In this document: positions 21,504-31,669 of the stretch, in pieces | How positions within the stretch are numbered: position 1 is the stretch's first letter | Layout: the number at the start of each line of letters is the position of its first letter | Assembly (NCBI GenBank): GCA_963752475.1 | Contig: CAVVYR010000004.1 | Coordinates: 207,051-271,050, forward strand | DNA length: 64,000 nucleotides | Source: an uncultured Chloroflexia bacterium | GTDB taxonomy: Bacteria; Chloroflexota; Limnocylindria; Limnocylindrales; CSP1-4 | Reading direction: 5' to 3' | Program-made: the position numbers and the translations under genes | The notes under the pieces: generated by a model | Seen by the model: only the letters and a program-made list of their open reading frames with translations | What the model was told of the DNA's origin: nothing | Database searches by the model: none

Positions 21504-22181
21504 TCAGCGGCGACGAAGCAGGCGGCAGATCGCACTACCGGCCAGCACGGTCAGACCCAGGTTCAGCGACTGCCTCCAGACCCAGCCGTGTCCGCCGGGA
21601 TCGTCCGGACCGGCCTCGATCCTGCTGCCGTCGACGGTGTCGAGCCGAACCAGCGGCACGAACGAGGCCCCCTGCAGGATGCGCTCATCGGTCGAGAGCG
21701 GCGGGAAGCAGCCGAGCGCCAGACCGGGCAGGGCCATCGAGCGCGCCAGCGGCGGGATGACGCGTGCTCGCACCTCAGGGTCCGGCACGTCCTGAGCCCT
21801 GGCCTCGATCGACTCGCGAGCGGGCAGCCGCAGGTGAACGTGTGGATCGGCCAGGACGTTGCGATACCACTGGGTCTTGGGGCCGTAGCCGGCGAGGACC
21901 CAGGCCGCACCGTCCATGACGATGTAGCCGAGTGGCGCCTCACGAGGCAGACCGGAGCGACGGCCCTTCGTGGTCAGCAGGCACTGCCAGCCGGCCACGG
22001 GGCTGCCGACCCACGCCGACAAGCCGGCGCGATGCATCGGACCGATGAGGTAGCGGTTGGCGAGCAGGAAGGCCGAGTAGCTGGCATCGGCGATCGACTT
22101 GGTGATGCCGCTCAGCTCCGGCGGCGGTGTCATCTCTCCGGGGTGGGCGACCGGCGCCTCCCCCTGTGGCGCGTTCGTCAT
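21504..22181 (-). CDS. Deazaflavin (F420)-dependent nitroreductase-family oxidoreductase
   Basis: LTTKGRRSGLPR..PL, WYRNVLADP.V. Confidence 0.75.
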   Translation of the reverse strand: MTNAPQGEAPVAHPGEMTPPPELSGITKSIADASYSAFLLANRYLIGPMHRAGLSAWVGSPVAGWQCLLTTKGRRSGLPREAPLGYIVMDGAAWVLAGYGPKTQWYRNVLADPHVHLRLPARESIEARAQDVPDPEVRARVIPPLARSMALPGLALGCFPPLSTDERILQGASFVPLVRLDTVDGSRIEAGPDDPGGHGWVWRQSLNLGLTVLAGSAICRLLRRR

Positions 22182-22278
22182 GTCGATAGTCTGCGCCAGG
22201 GTTCCAACGGTCACGAGAGCCCGACTTCCTGTAGGCGATGGGTAATCGCGATACCCTCGAGCGACGCAGGAGGGATCG

Positions 22279-23684
<1,406 letters not shown>

Positions 23685-23694
23685 GAGGCCATCG

Positions 23695-24579
23695 ATGCCG
23701 CTGGCGATGCCCGGTCGGACGAAGGATGCGGTGGTGGTCGTGGCCGCCGATTCAGAGTGGCGCTCCGGCGTGGAAGCCTTCCTGCGCGGCGTGGGCGCGG
23801 ACGACGATCGAGCCAGGTATCACCTCAATGTGCTGGACCAGCGAGCTGCCGGGCGCATGTCATGGGTCTCGCAGTTCGCCGATCGCACGCTCTCGAACGG
23901 GCGACCGATGCCGGCCAGCCGCGCCTATGCCGAGTCGTTGGTGAAGGAAGGAACGTTGCCGCTCTACGACGCGGACGGCTGGTTCTTCAGCGTGGACCTG
24001 CACAATCCCGGCAACGAGGCGGCCGTGCCTTGGTACGACGAGCAGGTCGTGGAGCTGGCCATCGTGGCCGATGTGGGCGCGTTCCGAGGCGGGTCATACA
24101 CCGCCGGCGGCGCCGATGCCGCGATGTCCGACCGGGCCGTGCACGGCGCACGCCTGGGTGAGCTGGTGGCAGCCTTGGCCGAGTCGACCGAAGCACTGTT
24201 CGCCTACGCCGATATCGACTCGACCGGTGCGCGTGTGACCGAGGCCTCGAAGCCAAGCTCCGTGGTGCATCCAGGGCCCGACACGCTCACCCCGCCCGAC
24301 TTCCTGTGGTCGATCACCGTCTGGGGCCCGGGGCTGCTCGACGACGAGCTGGCGTCTCGCCTGGACCGTGTGCAGCTGGAGCCGGCGCATCTCTCGCGCG
24401 TCGATCCGCACGTCCGTCCGCACGTGCACCTGGAGCAACGGAGGCTGGAGTACGGCGGCCGGATGCTGCAGTACCGCTTCCTCTTCGGCTCGGAGCTGCG
24501 CAACGAACGCGCACACATCGACACGCCCCTCGCGGAGCAGCTGGGCCTGCGCTCGACGAACCTGCAGTTCCGGACCTGA
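23695..24579 (+). CDS. Hypothetical protein (294 aa)
   Basis: RBS AGGAGG overlaps the asnS stop; uninterrupted ORF with GC3-rich codons; no family recognised. Confidence 0.7.
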   Translation: MPLAMPGRTKDAVVVVAADSEWRSGVEAFLRGVGADDDRARYHLNVLDQRAAGRMSWVSQFADRTLSNGRPMPASRAYAESLVKEGTLPLYDADGWFFSVDLHNPGNEAAVPWYDEQVVELAIVADVGAFRGGSYTAGGADAAMSDRAVHGARLGELVAALAESTEALFAYADIDSTGARVTEASKPSSVVHPGPDTLTPPDFLWSITVWGPGLLDDELASRLDRVQLEPAHLSRVDPHVRPHVHLEQRRLEYGGRMLQYRFLFGSELRNERAHIDTPLAEQLGLRSTNLQFRT

Positions 24580-24719
24580 CCAAGGGCCGCACGGACGATG
24601 CCCCGGACGGCTGCGAGCGCTACGTCGGGAGCATCTGGAGCGCGTGGGCCCAGCACCACGACACCGTCGAGGCCTGGGTCCGACCCTTCACTCCCTGAGG
24701 TGCGCCGCAGCCGGCCACC

Positions 24720-25160
24720 CTACCCACGGAGTGGGTCACTGGGCGAAGCACGGGACCGAATCGGGTTGAGGACAAGCCGATCGACCCATCGGACGGGTGA
24801 GATGACGGAGGACGGGCGGATCTACCCAACGGACGGGTGAATCGGCGGAGCACTTGGCCCGGTGACCCAAGGGGTGGGTAGGTCACGAACGGCTCGGCCT
24901 GGCGACCCATGGGGTTGGGTAGGCGAGCCTCGAGTGGAGCCACCCGAGGCCAAGGAAGGCGGGTAGGCGAGCCACAGCTGGCGAGGCTGGCGGACAAGGG
25001 TCGACCCCGGGTGCAGAGGCGGAGCACCCGGGGCCGGGACGAAGGGGAGTGGGTGGCCCCGGGTGTCGAGGGGGGTGAACACCCGGGGCCGGGGAGGAGA
25101 AAGAGGTCGTCCGGGCCCGACCCCAGGGAGGGGGGATGGAGCCAGGCCCGGACGGGATGG
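24720..25160. repeat. Intergenic array of short palindromes ACCC-N7/8-GGGT at ~40-bp period, decaying into CACCCGGGGCC-type units
   Basis: Units at 24722, 24784, 24824, 24865 and 24905; lies between convergent gene ends. Confidence 0.7.
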
Positions 25161-25162
25161 TT

Positions 25163-27706
25163 CTAGCGGGGTCGGGCCTGCGACTGGATACCACCAGCGC
25201 TGAGGACCGGGATGGCCTCGCCCTCGGGCTCCTGCTCGGAGCGCTCGGAACGACGGGCGTAGATGACCAGCATCGACGGCAGCACCAGCACCGAGACGAG
25301 CGCCGAGCCGACGATCGCGACGAGGGTGAGCCAGCCCAGCTGCTGGAAGGGGATGAGCGAAGACTGCGTGAGGATGGCGAAGCCGAGGCTGGTGGTGAGC
25401 GCCGAGGCCAGCAGCGCGGAGCCGGTGGACTGCAGCGTGCGGGTCACCGCCACATCGATGCTCCTGCCCTCGCGCAGGAACTCCTGGAAGCGATGCGTGA
25501 CGTGGATGGTGTAGTCGACGCCGACGCCGATGACGACCGCGGCCAGGGTGGCCGTGACCGGTCCGAACTCGAAGCCCGCGATGACCATGAAGGCGTACAG
25601 GAGGATGACCACGCCACCGACCGGCAGGATGGTCAGCAGGCCGAGCAACGGGCGGCGGTCAGAGACGAAGTAGTTGAGCATGAGCAGCGCGCCGGCGCCG
25701 AGCAGGGCCAGGATGAGGCTCTGGAGCTGGGTGATCGAGGTGGACTCGACCACGGCCGCGTCGATGATCTGCGTGGAGGTCGCGATCGACGCCGCCCCGA
25801 AGGCAGCCTCGAGAGCAGCGGCCAGACCGAGCGCACCGTCGGAACCGGCCTGCGTGGTGAAGGTGTAGAGGGAAGCCTCGGGCGTGTAGACCGCGGCCAG
25901 CGCCTCGGGGGCGGCGGAACGCACGGTCTCGAGGATGGCGGCCACGTCGGTGCCGGCCGGAGCCTGGAGGGAGGAGTCGAGGCCGGCAGCCGCGACGGCA
26001 GCCGCGACGGTCGGGTCGAACTCCGGCGAGCCCTCGGTCGCCAGCGAGGCCACGAGGTCGGGCGCGGACTCGACCAGCGGGGCGCCATCGATGGCCACGA
26101 CATCGTCGAGCTGCCCGGCAGCCGCGGTCGCAGCGACGGCGGCGTTCCAGACGGCGGGCTCGGCCAGGTTGCCCTCGACGAGGACGCTGGTGGTCTCGCC
26201 GAGGCCGCCATCGAAGCGCTCCTCGAGCTCGACCGCGGCGGCGCGGACGGCCGCACCCTCCGGCACGAAGTCGAGGAAGCTGAAGCCGGTGCGCAGGTTG
26301 GTAGCGGTCAGGGCCGCACCCACCAGCACCAGGCCGGCCAGGCCCACAGCAGCCCAGGGGGCACGGCGCGGGATGACGGCGGTGGCGCCGGTGAGGCGAT
26401 CGATCCAGCTGCGGTCGGTGGTGGCGAAGGCCTCTACAGGGAGCTTCTCGCCCTTCTCGGCGCGGCGGTCCAGCAGCACACGCGCGGCCGGGAAGAGCAG
26501 GTTGGCGTAGAGGAAGGCGGCGCCGATGCCGACCGCGGCGAGCACACCGAAGGTCAGCAGTGCGGTCGAGCCGGCGAAGACGTTGGTCAGGAAGCCGAAG
26601 GCGGTCGTCAGCGCCGAGAGCACCAGTGCGCCACCGACGATGCGGCCGCTGCGGGACATGGCCTTCTCGACCGACTCCCCTGCCCCGAGGCCCTTGCGGT
26701 AGGCCGAGTTGAGGTGGATGACGTAGTCGACGCCGAGGCCGACGAGCAGGATCGAGACGATGGAGCTGGGTCCGGAGACATTGCCGATGATGCCCAGGCC
26801 GTCGGGGCCAAGGAGCACGGCCATGCCGTCGGTGGTCGTGATGGCGAACATGACCACGAGCAGGGCCAGCAGCGTGTCAGCGACGGTGCGACGCACGCGC
26901 TGGAAGCGGCGCATGGGCGCGGCGGTCCAGAAGACGAAGAGCAGGGCCAGGCCGATGATGCCGATGGCGCTGAAGAGCAGGAGCGGGATCTCGAAGGCGG
27001 ACTCTTCGCCCGACTGGAAGATGAGGGAGACGGAGAAGGGAAGGGCGTCCACGCCGGCGAAGGAGGCCGACTGGAGGGCGGCATCGAACTCGCCCTGGAG
27101 CGACGCCAGCTGCTCGAAGGCGGCGGTGTCCTCGGGGGTCTCGAAGAAGGCCAGCATGAGGCCCGCGGGAGCGGCTGTGCCCTCCTCGAGGTTGCCCTCG
27201 AAGAGACCGTTGAGCAGTTCCGCCTGGGCTGGCGGCGCGAAAGCGAGACCGGTCTCCAGGAGCGCCTTGACCTCGGCGTCGGTGGTGGGGGCGGGCGCGC
27301 CATTGGTGATGGCGAGCTCGACGGGAGACATGAAGGAGGAGATGGCGCCGATGCCTGGCTGCTCCACGAGGAAGTCGGTCAGGCGCACGCCGTCCACCTC
27401 GACGGCCTGCAGGGTCTCGACGACCGTGTTGGCAGCCTCGAGGCCGGCGGTGCTGACGATGTCGCCGGACTCTGCGACGAGCACGACCTGCAGCGGCTGT
27501 ACCGCGGATTCCTCACCGAACAGCGCCTCGATGCGCTCCGAGGCGGTGATGGCCGGATCCTCAGGTGCGAACTCGGAGCTGTCGTTCGACATCTCGGGGC
27601 GCCCCATGGCGCTGAGCCCGATGGCGACCGCCAGCACCGCGATGATCGCGAGCCACGGCCGCCGAGTCGTAAAGCGAGCGAGACCGCTCGCGATCCATTC
27701 GAACAT
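25163..27706 (-). CDS. MMPL/RND family transporter
   Basis: Two TM bundles with GLGVDY.IH and GVGVDY.IH, SALTT..GF, two large extracytoplasmic loops. Confidence 0.9.
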   Translation of the reverse strand: MFEWIASGLARFTTRRPWLAIIAVLAVAIGLSAMGRPEMSNDSSEFAPEDPAITASERIEALFGEESAVQPLQVVLVAESGDIVSTAGLEAANTVVETLQAVEVDGVRLTDFLVEQPGIGAISSFMSPVELAITNGAPAPTTDAEVKALLETGLAFAPPAQAELLNGLFEGNLEEGTAAPAGLMLAFFETPEDTAAFEQLASLQGEFDAALQSASFAGVDALPFSVSLIFQSGEESAFEIPLLLFSAIGIIGLALLFVFWTAAPMRRFQRVRRTVADTLLALLVVMFAITTTDGMAVLLGPDGLGIIGNVSGPSSIVSILLVGLGVDYVIHLNSAYRKGLGAGESVEKAMSRSGRIVGGALVLSALTTAFGFLTNVFAGSTALLTFGVLAAVGIGAAFLYANLLFPAARVLLDRRAEKGEKLPVEAFATTDRSWIDRLTGATAVIPRRAPWAAVGLAGLVLVGAALTATNLRTGFSFLDFVPEGAAVRAAAVELEERFDGGLGETTSVLVEGNLAEPAVWNAAVAATAAAGQLDDVVAIDGAPLVESAPDLVASLATEGSPEFDPTVAAAVAAAGLDSSLQAPAGTDVAAILETVRSAAPEALAAVYTPEASLYTFTTQAGSDGALGLAAALEAAFGAASIATSTQIIDAAVVESTSITQLQSLILALLGAGALLMLNYFVSDRRPLLGLLTILPVGGVVILLYAFMVIAGFEFGPVTATLAAVVIGVGVDYTIHVTHRFQEFLREGRSIDVAVTRTLQSTGSALLASALTTSLGFAILTQSSLIPFQQLGWLTLVAIVGSALVSVLVLPSMLVIYARRSERSEQEPEGEAIPVLSAGGIQSQARPR

Positions 27707-27771
27707 GTGATGTCCCCTTCTCAGTCCGTCTCTGTACTCAGTGTGTCTACTGTTTGTCTAGGCTTTGTCGA

Positions 27772-27799
27772 AGTATAGGGACCGCCACAGAGTTGTCAA
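27772..27799 (-). promoter_or_regulatory. Sigma70-type promoter TTGACA-N16-TATACT for the MMPL gene
   Basis: Near-consensus hexamers; three 11-bp-phased T(C/A)GACA repeats follow at about 27739-27771. Confidence 0.7.
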
Positions 27800-27828
27800 G
27801 GGGAAGTGGGACACCACACCGGCGAGCC

Positions 27829-29103
27829 TTAGAGAGCGGGACGGCGCTCCGGTTCGGAGATGGTCAGAGCTGCGATCCCGATGACGATCGGGATAGCCAC
27901 GAGCACGAGCGCCGCGGGGCCGAAACCACCGAGGGCTTCGCTCGGGATCGAGAGCGCGACCGGGCCGATCGACGAGGCCGCTACCGCGACGAGGGCTGCG
28001 ACACCCTGGATGGATCCGATATGCCCCAGTCCGAACCAGCGTGGCAGCAGGGTCGCCACGAGCGGACGACCAGCACCAGCCGCAGCACCCAGGACGACCG
28101 CGTAGACCAGGATCATCGGGCCCGGACTCAGCTGCGCGGCGAGGAGGAGACTCAGCGTCAGCAGCACCATCGAGGTCATGAGCAGGAAGCGGGCGGCGGC
28201 ACGGTCGGCCAATGCACCCATGACCAGGCTGGCGACGAGCGTGCCCAGTACCTGGGGCAGGAACATGGCCGCCGCCTCGGTCACGCTCAGGCCCTGGTCG
28301 CCGAGCAGCGAGATCTGGTGGAAGTTCAGCGCGGTCACCAGCATCGAGGTCGCGCCGATCACGAGGCTCAGCACCCAGAAGCGTGGCTGGCTCAAGGCCT
28401 CGCGGCGCGTGAGCGAGACGGCAAGCAGAGGTGGCGGGTCCGACGGGTGCGGTGCGGGATCACCGTCCGGGTACTGGCCCACATCCGATGGCCGATCGAT
28501 GATGCCGAAGCGCGCGATCGGCACCACCACCAGCCAGATGGCGAACCCCGACAGGATCCAGCTGACACGCCAGTCGAACAGGCCGATCGACGCACCCAGG
28601 ATGATCGGCGTCAGCGACATCAGGACGGCCGTGGCCGTGGTCGCGATGCCGAAGGCCAAGCCTCGACGGCGCTCGAACCAGGGCGTGATGGCGAGGGTGC
28701 TGACCAACTGTAGCGAGCCCTGTCCCATCCAGCGGATGAGGGTGAAGCCGACGATCAGCGTGATGAACCCCTGGACGCCGCTCATCACCAGCAGGCCCAG
28801 GCCGAACCCGAGCCCGATGAAGGTCATGGCCCGCCGTGCGCCGATGCGGTCGATACGGCGCCCGACCGGGAGCAGCGCGATGGCGCCGGCCATCGTGCCG
28901 ATGAGATACGCCAGCGACAGCTCGGAGCGCGTCAAGCCGAGCGTCTCGATCATGGGGTCGACGAAGACCGAGACACCGACCGTCTGGCCGGGGCCGGTGA
29001 GCGCGCCCGTGATCGTCGCGAGCAGGACGATGCGCCAGCCGACGAAGTCGCGCCAGCCCAGCGACGCGCGCGGATTCGTGGGGTTCGTAGTGGAATCGTG
29101 GAT
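27829..29103 (-). CDS. MFS transporter
   Basis: GPGQT.GVSVF, GRRIDRIG, WFERRRGLA, GALADR, WFGLGHIGSIQG. The frame is open upstream of the track start; RBS GGAGAG precedes an ATC at 29103. Confidence 0.85.
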   Translation of the reverse strand: MHDSTTNPTNPRASLGWRDFVGWRIVLLATITGALTGPGQTVGVSVFVDPMIETLGLTRSELSLAYLIGTMAGAIALLPVGRRIDRIGARRAMTFIGLGFGLGLLVMSGVQGFITLIVGFTLIRWMGQGSLQLVSTLAITPWFERRRGLAFGIATTATAVLMSLTPIILGASIGLFDWRVSWILSGFAIWLVVVPIARFGIIDRPSDVGQYPDGDPAPHPSDPPPLLAVSLTRREALSQPRFWVLSLVIGATSMLVTALNFHQISLLGDQGLSVTEAAAMFLPQVLGTLVASLVMGALADRAAARFLLMTSMVLLTLSLLLAAQLSPGPMILVYAVVLGAAAGAGRPLVATLLPRWFGLGHIGSIQGVAALVAVAASSIGPVALSIPSEALGGFGPAALVLVAIPIVIGIAALTISEPERRPAL

Positions 29104-29273
29104 CGGGCGCTCTCCATCCCGCAGACCTGGCTTCGGTCGTCTGCGGAGCGCCGGTCGACACGTCTACGCCCAGACTCTAGCCCACGACGACGCCCCTGAC
29201 CTCATGGCCCTGATGGTTCAGTGCCTCCGCCAGGCTGGAGCCGGGCAGCGTCGATCGTCGCGTCGCCCGGTCG

Positions 29274-29921
29274 CTACTCGCCTCGATCGAGCACAGGGAT
29301 GGCATCGACCTCGTCGTGCGTGGTGTCGAGCACGATCACGTTCTCAGCGATGTCCTGTACCCGATCGATCGGTATGGCACGGCGATGACGCAGGAGCCCA
29401 CCATCCTCCACCACGATGTGCGACGGTTGGCCCTGGTCGGTGGTCACGATGCGGTCCAGCCGCCCGATCTCGTGGCGGTCGGAGGCGAAGACCGGGACTC
29501 CAGCCTCCAACGCTGTCAGGCGGTCGGAGATGGTCCGCTCGCGGACCGGTACGAGCTCGGCGCCGGCGACGGGCATGGTCTCACCGAGCGGGCCACTCCA
29601 GGGCATAGCGACACGAACGCCGCGTCCGTCCGAGCCAGCCGCCCGATCGGCTTCATCGAGTGGCACGTAGTACTGCTCGATGAAGGGCGATAGGTCATCG
29701 AGGCCGACCTCCTGTCGCAGGTTGATGCGTTGCGGAGTCGCCGTCGCGATGTCGGCGATGGGCACCAGCCGGTCCTCCGTGAAGAGGATGCCCTTGCGCA
29801 CGACCACGTGTGAGACCGTGCGAGTGCTCGGGTCGAGGATGATCCGCCCGACCGTACCCACGTGTCGGTCCCCGGCGGTGTAGACGTCCGTGTCGTTCGT
29901 GATGTCCAGCATCGTCGCCAC
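29274..29921 (-). CDS. PRC-barrel domain protein (two barrels)
   Basis: VYTAGDRHVGTV..IILDP..RTVSHVVV..G and a second copy VFASD..EIG....IV. Confidence 0.8.
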   Translation of the reverse strand: MATMLDITNDTDVYTAGDRHVGTVGRIILDPSTRTVSHVVVRKGILFTEDRLVPIADIATATPQRINLRQEVGLDDLSPFIEQYYVPLDEADRAAGSDGRGVRVAMPWSGPLGETMPVAGAELVPVRERTISDRLTALEAGVPVFASDRHEIGRLDRIVTTDQGQPSHIVVEDGGLLRHRRAIPIDRVQDIAENVIVLDTTHDEVDAIPVLDRGE

Positions 29922-29926
29922 CGGAG

Positions 29927-30421
29927 TCAGGAACGGGTCGTCGTGGCGTGGTTGTGCGCATCGACCGGGTGGGCCATCCGGCGAGCTCGCATGGTCGCCT
30001 CGAGGTACTGCTGCAGTCGATCGAGGTTGTCCGCCACGGCCGCCCGCACTCGAGGCGCCGCCAGCGGCGTGAGCAGCCGAACCGGTCCCTTGGGCTCCAC
30101 GTGGGCGACGTGATGGAGGCGGGTCCCTTCGGGCGTCTCCTCGAGTCGGAACTCGAGATCGCCGACGAAGTCGCCGAAGTCACCGTGCAGAGCGAACCGG
30201 CGATCGGGCTCGTGCTCGGTGACCTGGACCTCCTCGATGGCCGGCCTGGGGTCCGCGCGACGAAGCAGGAAACGGCTGCCCTTGCGCACATCACCGTCGC
30301 TGAGGGGCCGTGCTGACTCGATGGCCGGGTTCCACGCGGGGATCACCTCGGGCCGCCGGAGCATGGCGAAGACCGTGCGTCGTGGCAATCGGATGAGTCG
30401 GCTGATGCTGTGGTCGATCAT
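29927..30421 (-). CDS. SRPBCC (START-like) family protein
   Basis: VF.......IPAWNP.I, VTEHEPDR, GTRL, L.RL..YLE; RBS GGAGG. Confidence 0.8.
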   Translation of the reverse strand: MIDHSISRLIRLPRRTVFAMLRRPEVIPAWNPAIESARPLSDGDVRKGSRFLLRRADPRPAIEEVQVTEHEPDRRFALHGDFGDFVGDLEFRLEETPEGTRLHHVAHVEPKGPVRLLTPLAAPRVRAAVADNLDRLQQYLEATMRARRMAHPVDAHNHATTTRS

Positions 30422-30739
30422 GGCTTGGGTGGCCTCCTGGGTAGCGGGGTCGGGGCCCGGCAGCGAATGCCGAGCGGCGTCCATGGTCCGGGCGACACCG
30501 CCACAGACGCACCCCCATCGGGCGCGAACGCGTTACAGCCCCATATCGAAGCGCCCACAGACGCGACAGCAGGCCGGACGCCCAGATGCAACGCGCCTGT
30601 AATGCCCTCACGGGATTCGACGCGCGCATCTGCATGTCACCGACGATCACCATCGGCTCTGCCGGAGACGTCGCGGTCCTGCCGTGGCGCGTCTCCGACA
30701 AGGCGCGATCGACCACCCTGAACGGAGGAGTGAAGAACC

Positions 30740-31036
30740 ATGCTGACCATCACGCCCACGGCCGCGGACATCCTGGCGAAGACCCGCACGCAGAAGGGCG
30801 CCCCCGATGCCTACTGCGTCCGCTTCTATGCCACCGAGGAAGATGCCTCTGGCCGGACCCGACTGGCCTTTGCGTTCGTCGATTTGCCCAAGGCTGAGGA
30901 CACCGTCATCGATGGCGCCGCCATCGATGCCTATGTCGCCCCTGATGTCGACCGACTGATCGGCGACGTGACGGTGGACGTCAAGCAGGAGGCTGACGAG
31001 ATGGGGCTCGTGGTCCGACGGTCCACGCAGTCCTGA
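30740..31036 (+). CDS. HesB/IscA-like small protein without the conserved Cys set
   Basis: MLTITPTAA..., P...DTVI......YV.P; RBS GGAGGAG. Confidence 0.65.
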   Translation: MLTITPTAADILAKTRTQKGAPDAYCVRFYATEEDASGRTRLAFAFVDLPKAEDTVIDGAAIDAYVAPDVDRLIGDVTVDVKQEADEMGLVVRRSTQS

Positions 31037-31139
31037 CAGCGGATCACCATCCCAGGGTCGCGGCAGGGGGTCAGGAGGAGGCCCTGCCGCGACCGACGAC
31101 TGGACAGCGACGGGTAGCCCAAGCACTCGGAGGAGGCAG

Positions 31140-31583
31140 ATGGACGAGCAGCGAACGATGAACGGCCGAGATCGAGTCCTCACAGCAGGACGCGCCATCG
31201 GCTGCCTGGCCCTGCTGTTGTCGCTGGCCGTGATCGTCGCCGCGTGCGGGAATGGCGGCGAGGAAGACGCTGCGGCGGATGTGCCCGAGGAGACGGACGC
31301 GCCCGCGGCTCTTGAGGACGCCCCCGCCGATGAGGCCCCCGCCGATGAGACCCCCGCCGATGAGGCTGACGACGCCGTGCCCGAAGCGATCGCTGACCTC
31401 GCCAGCGAGACCGGCTCCGCGACCGTGACCATCGGGGATGAGACGTACGAGTTCTCGCTCGCTGGAACGAAGGCGGTCGGCGGGACGACCTATGTGGGGC
31501 GCTGCGAAACGCTCTTCGGGATGATCATCGGCAGCGGCTACGTCACCGATGAGCGCGACATCACCGTGGACATGGAAGTCTAG
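31140..31583 (+). CDS. Putative lipoprotein with acidic PADE(A/T) linker repeats
   Basis: Lipobox VAAC; 15-bp repeat CCCCCGCCGATGAG(G/A) x3 at 31321-31365. Confidence 0.65.
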   Translation: MDEQRTMNGRDRVLTAGRAIGCLALLLSLAVIVAACGNGGEEDAAADVPEETDAPAALEDAPADEAPADETPADEADDAVPEAIADLASETGSATVTIGDETYEFSLAGTKAVGGTTYVGRCETLFGMIIGSGYVTDERDITVDMEV

Positions 31584-31669
31584 AAGGGGCGTAGATCCCT
31601 TTGAGTCGTCCCGCGAGTAGTGGCCCGACTTGGCGATGGGCACTCCACGGCACGCGATCGGTGCAATGG

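Noticed and set aside
24720-25160. CRISPR array
   Set aside because: Repeats are ~15 bp and non-identical, with no AT-rich leader and no cas genes; kept as a non-CRISPR array finding.
25136-27778. Long antisense ORFs (880 aa here; also 13340-15697, 33521-35287, 39205-41703, 59073-60968)
   Set aside because: Typical stop-poor shadow frames opposite real high-GC genes.
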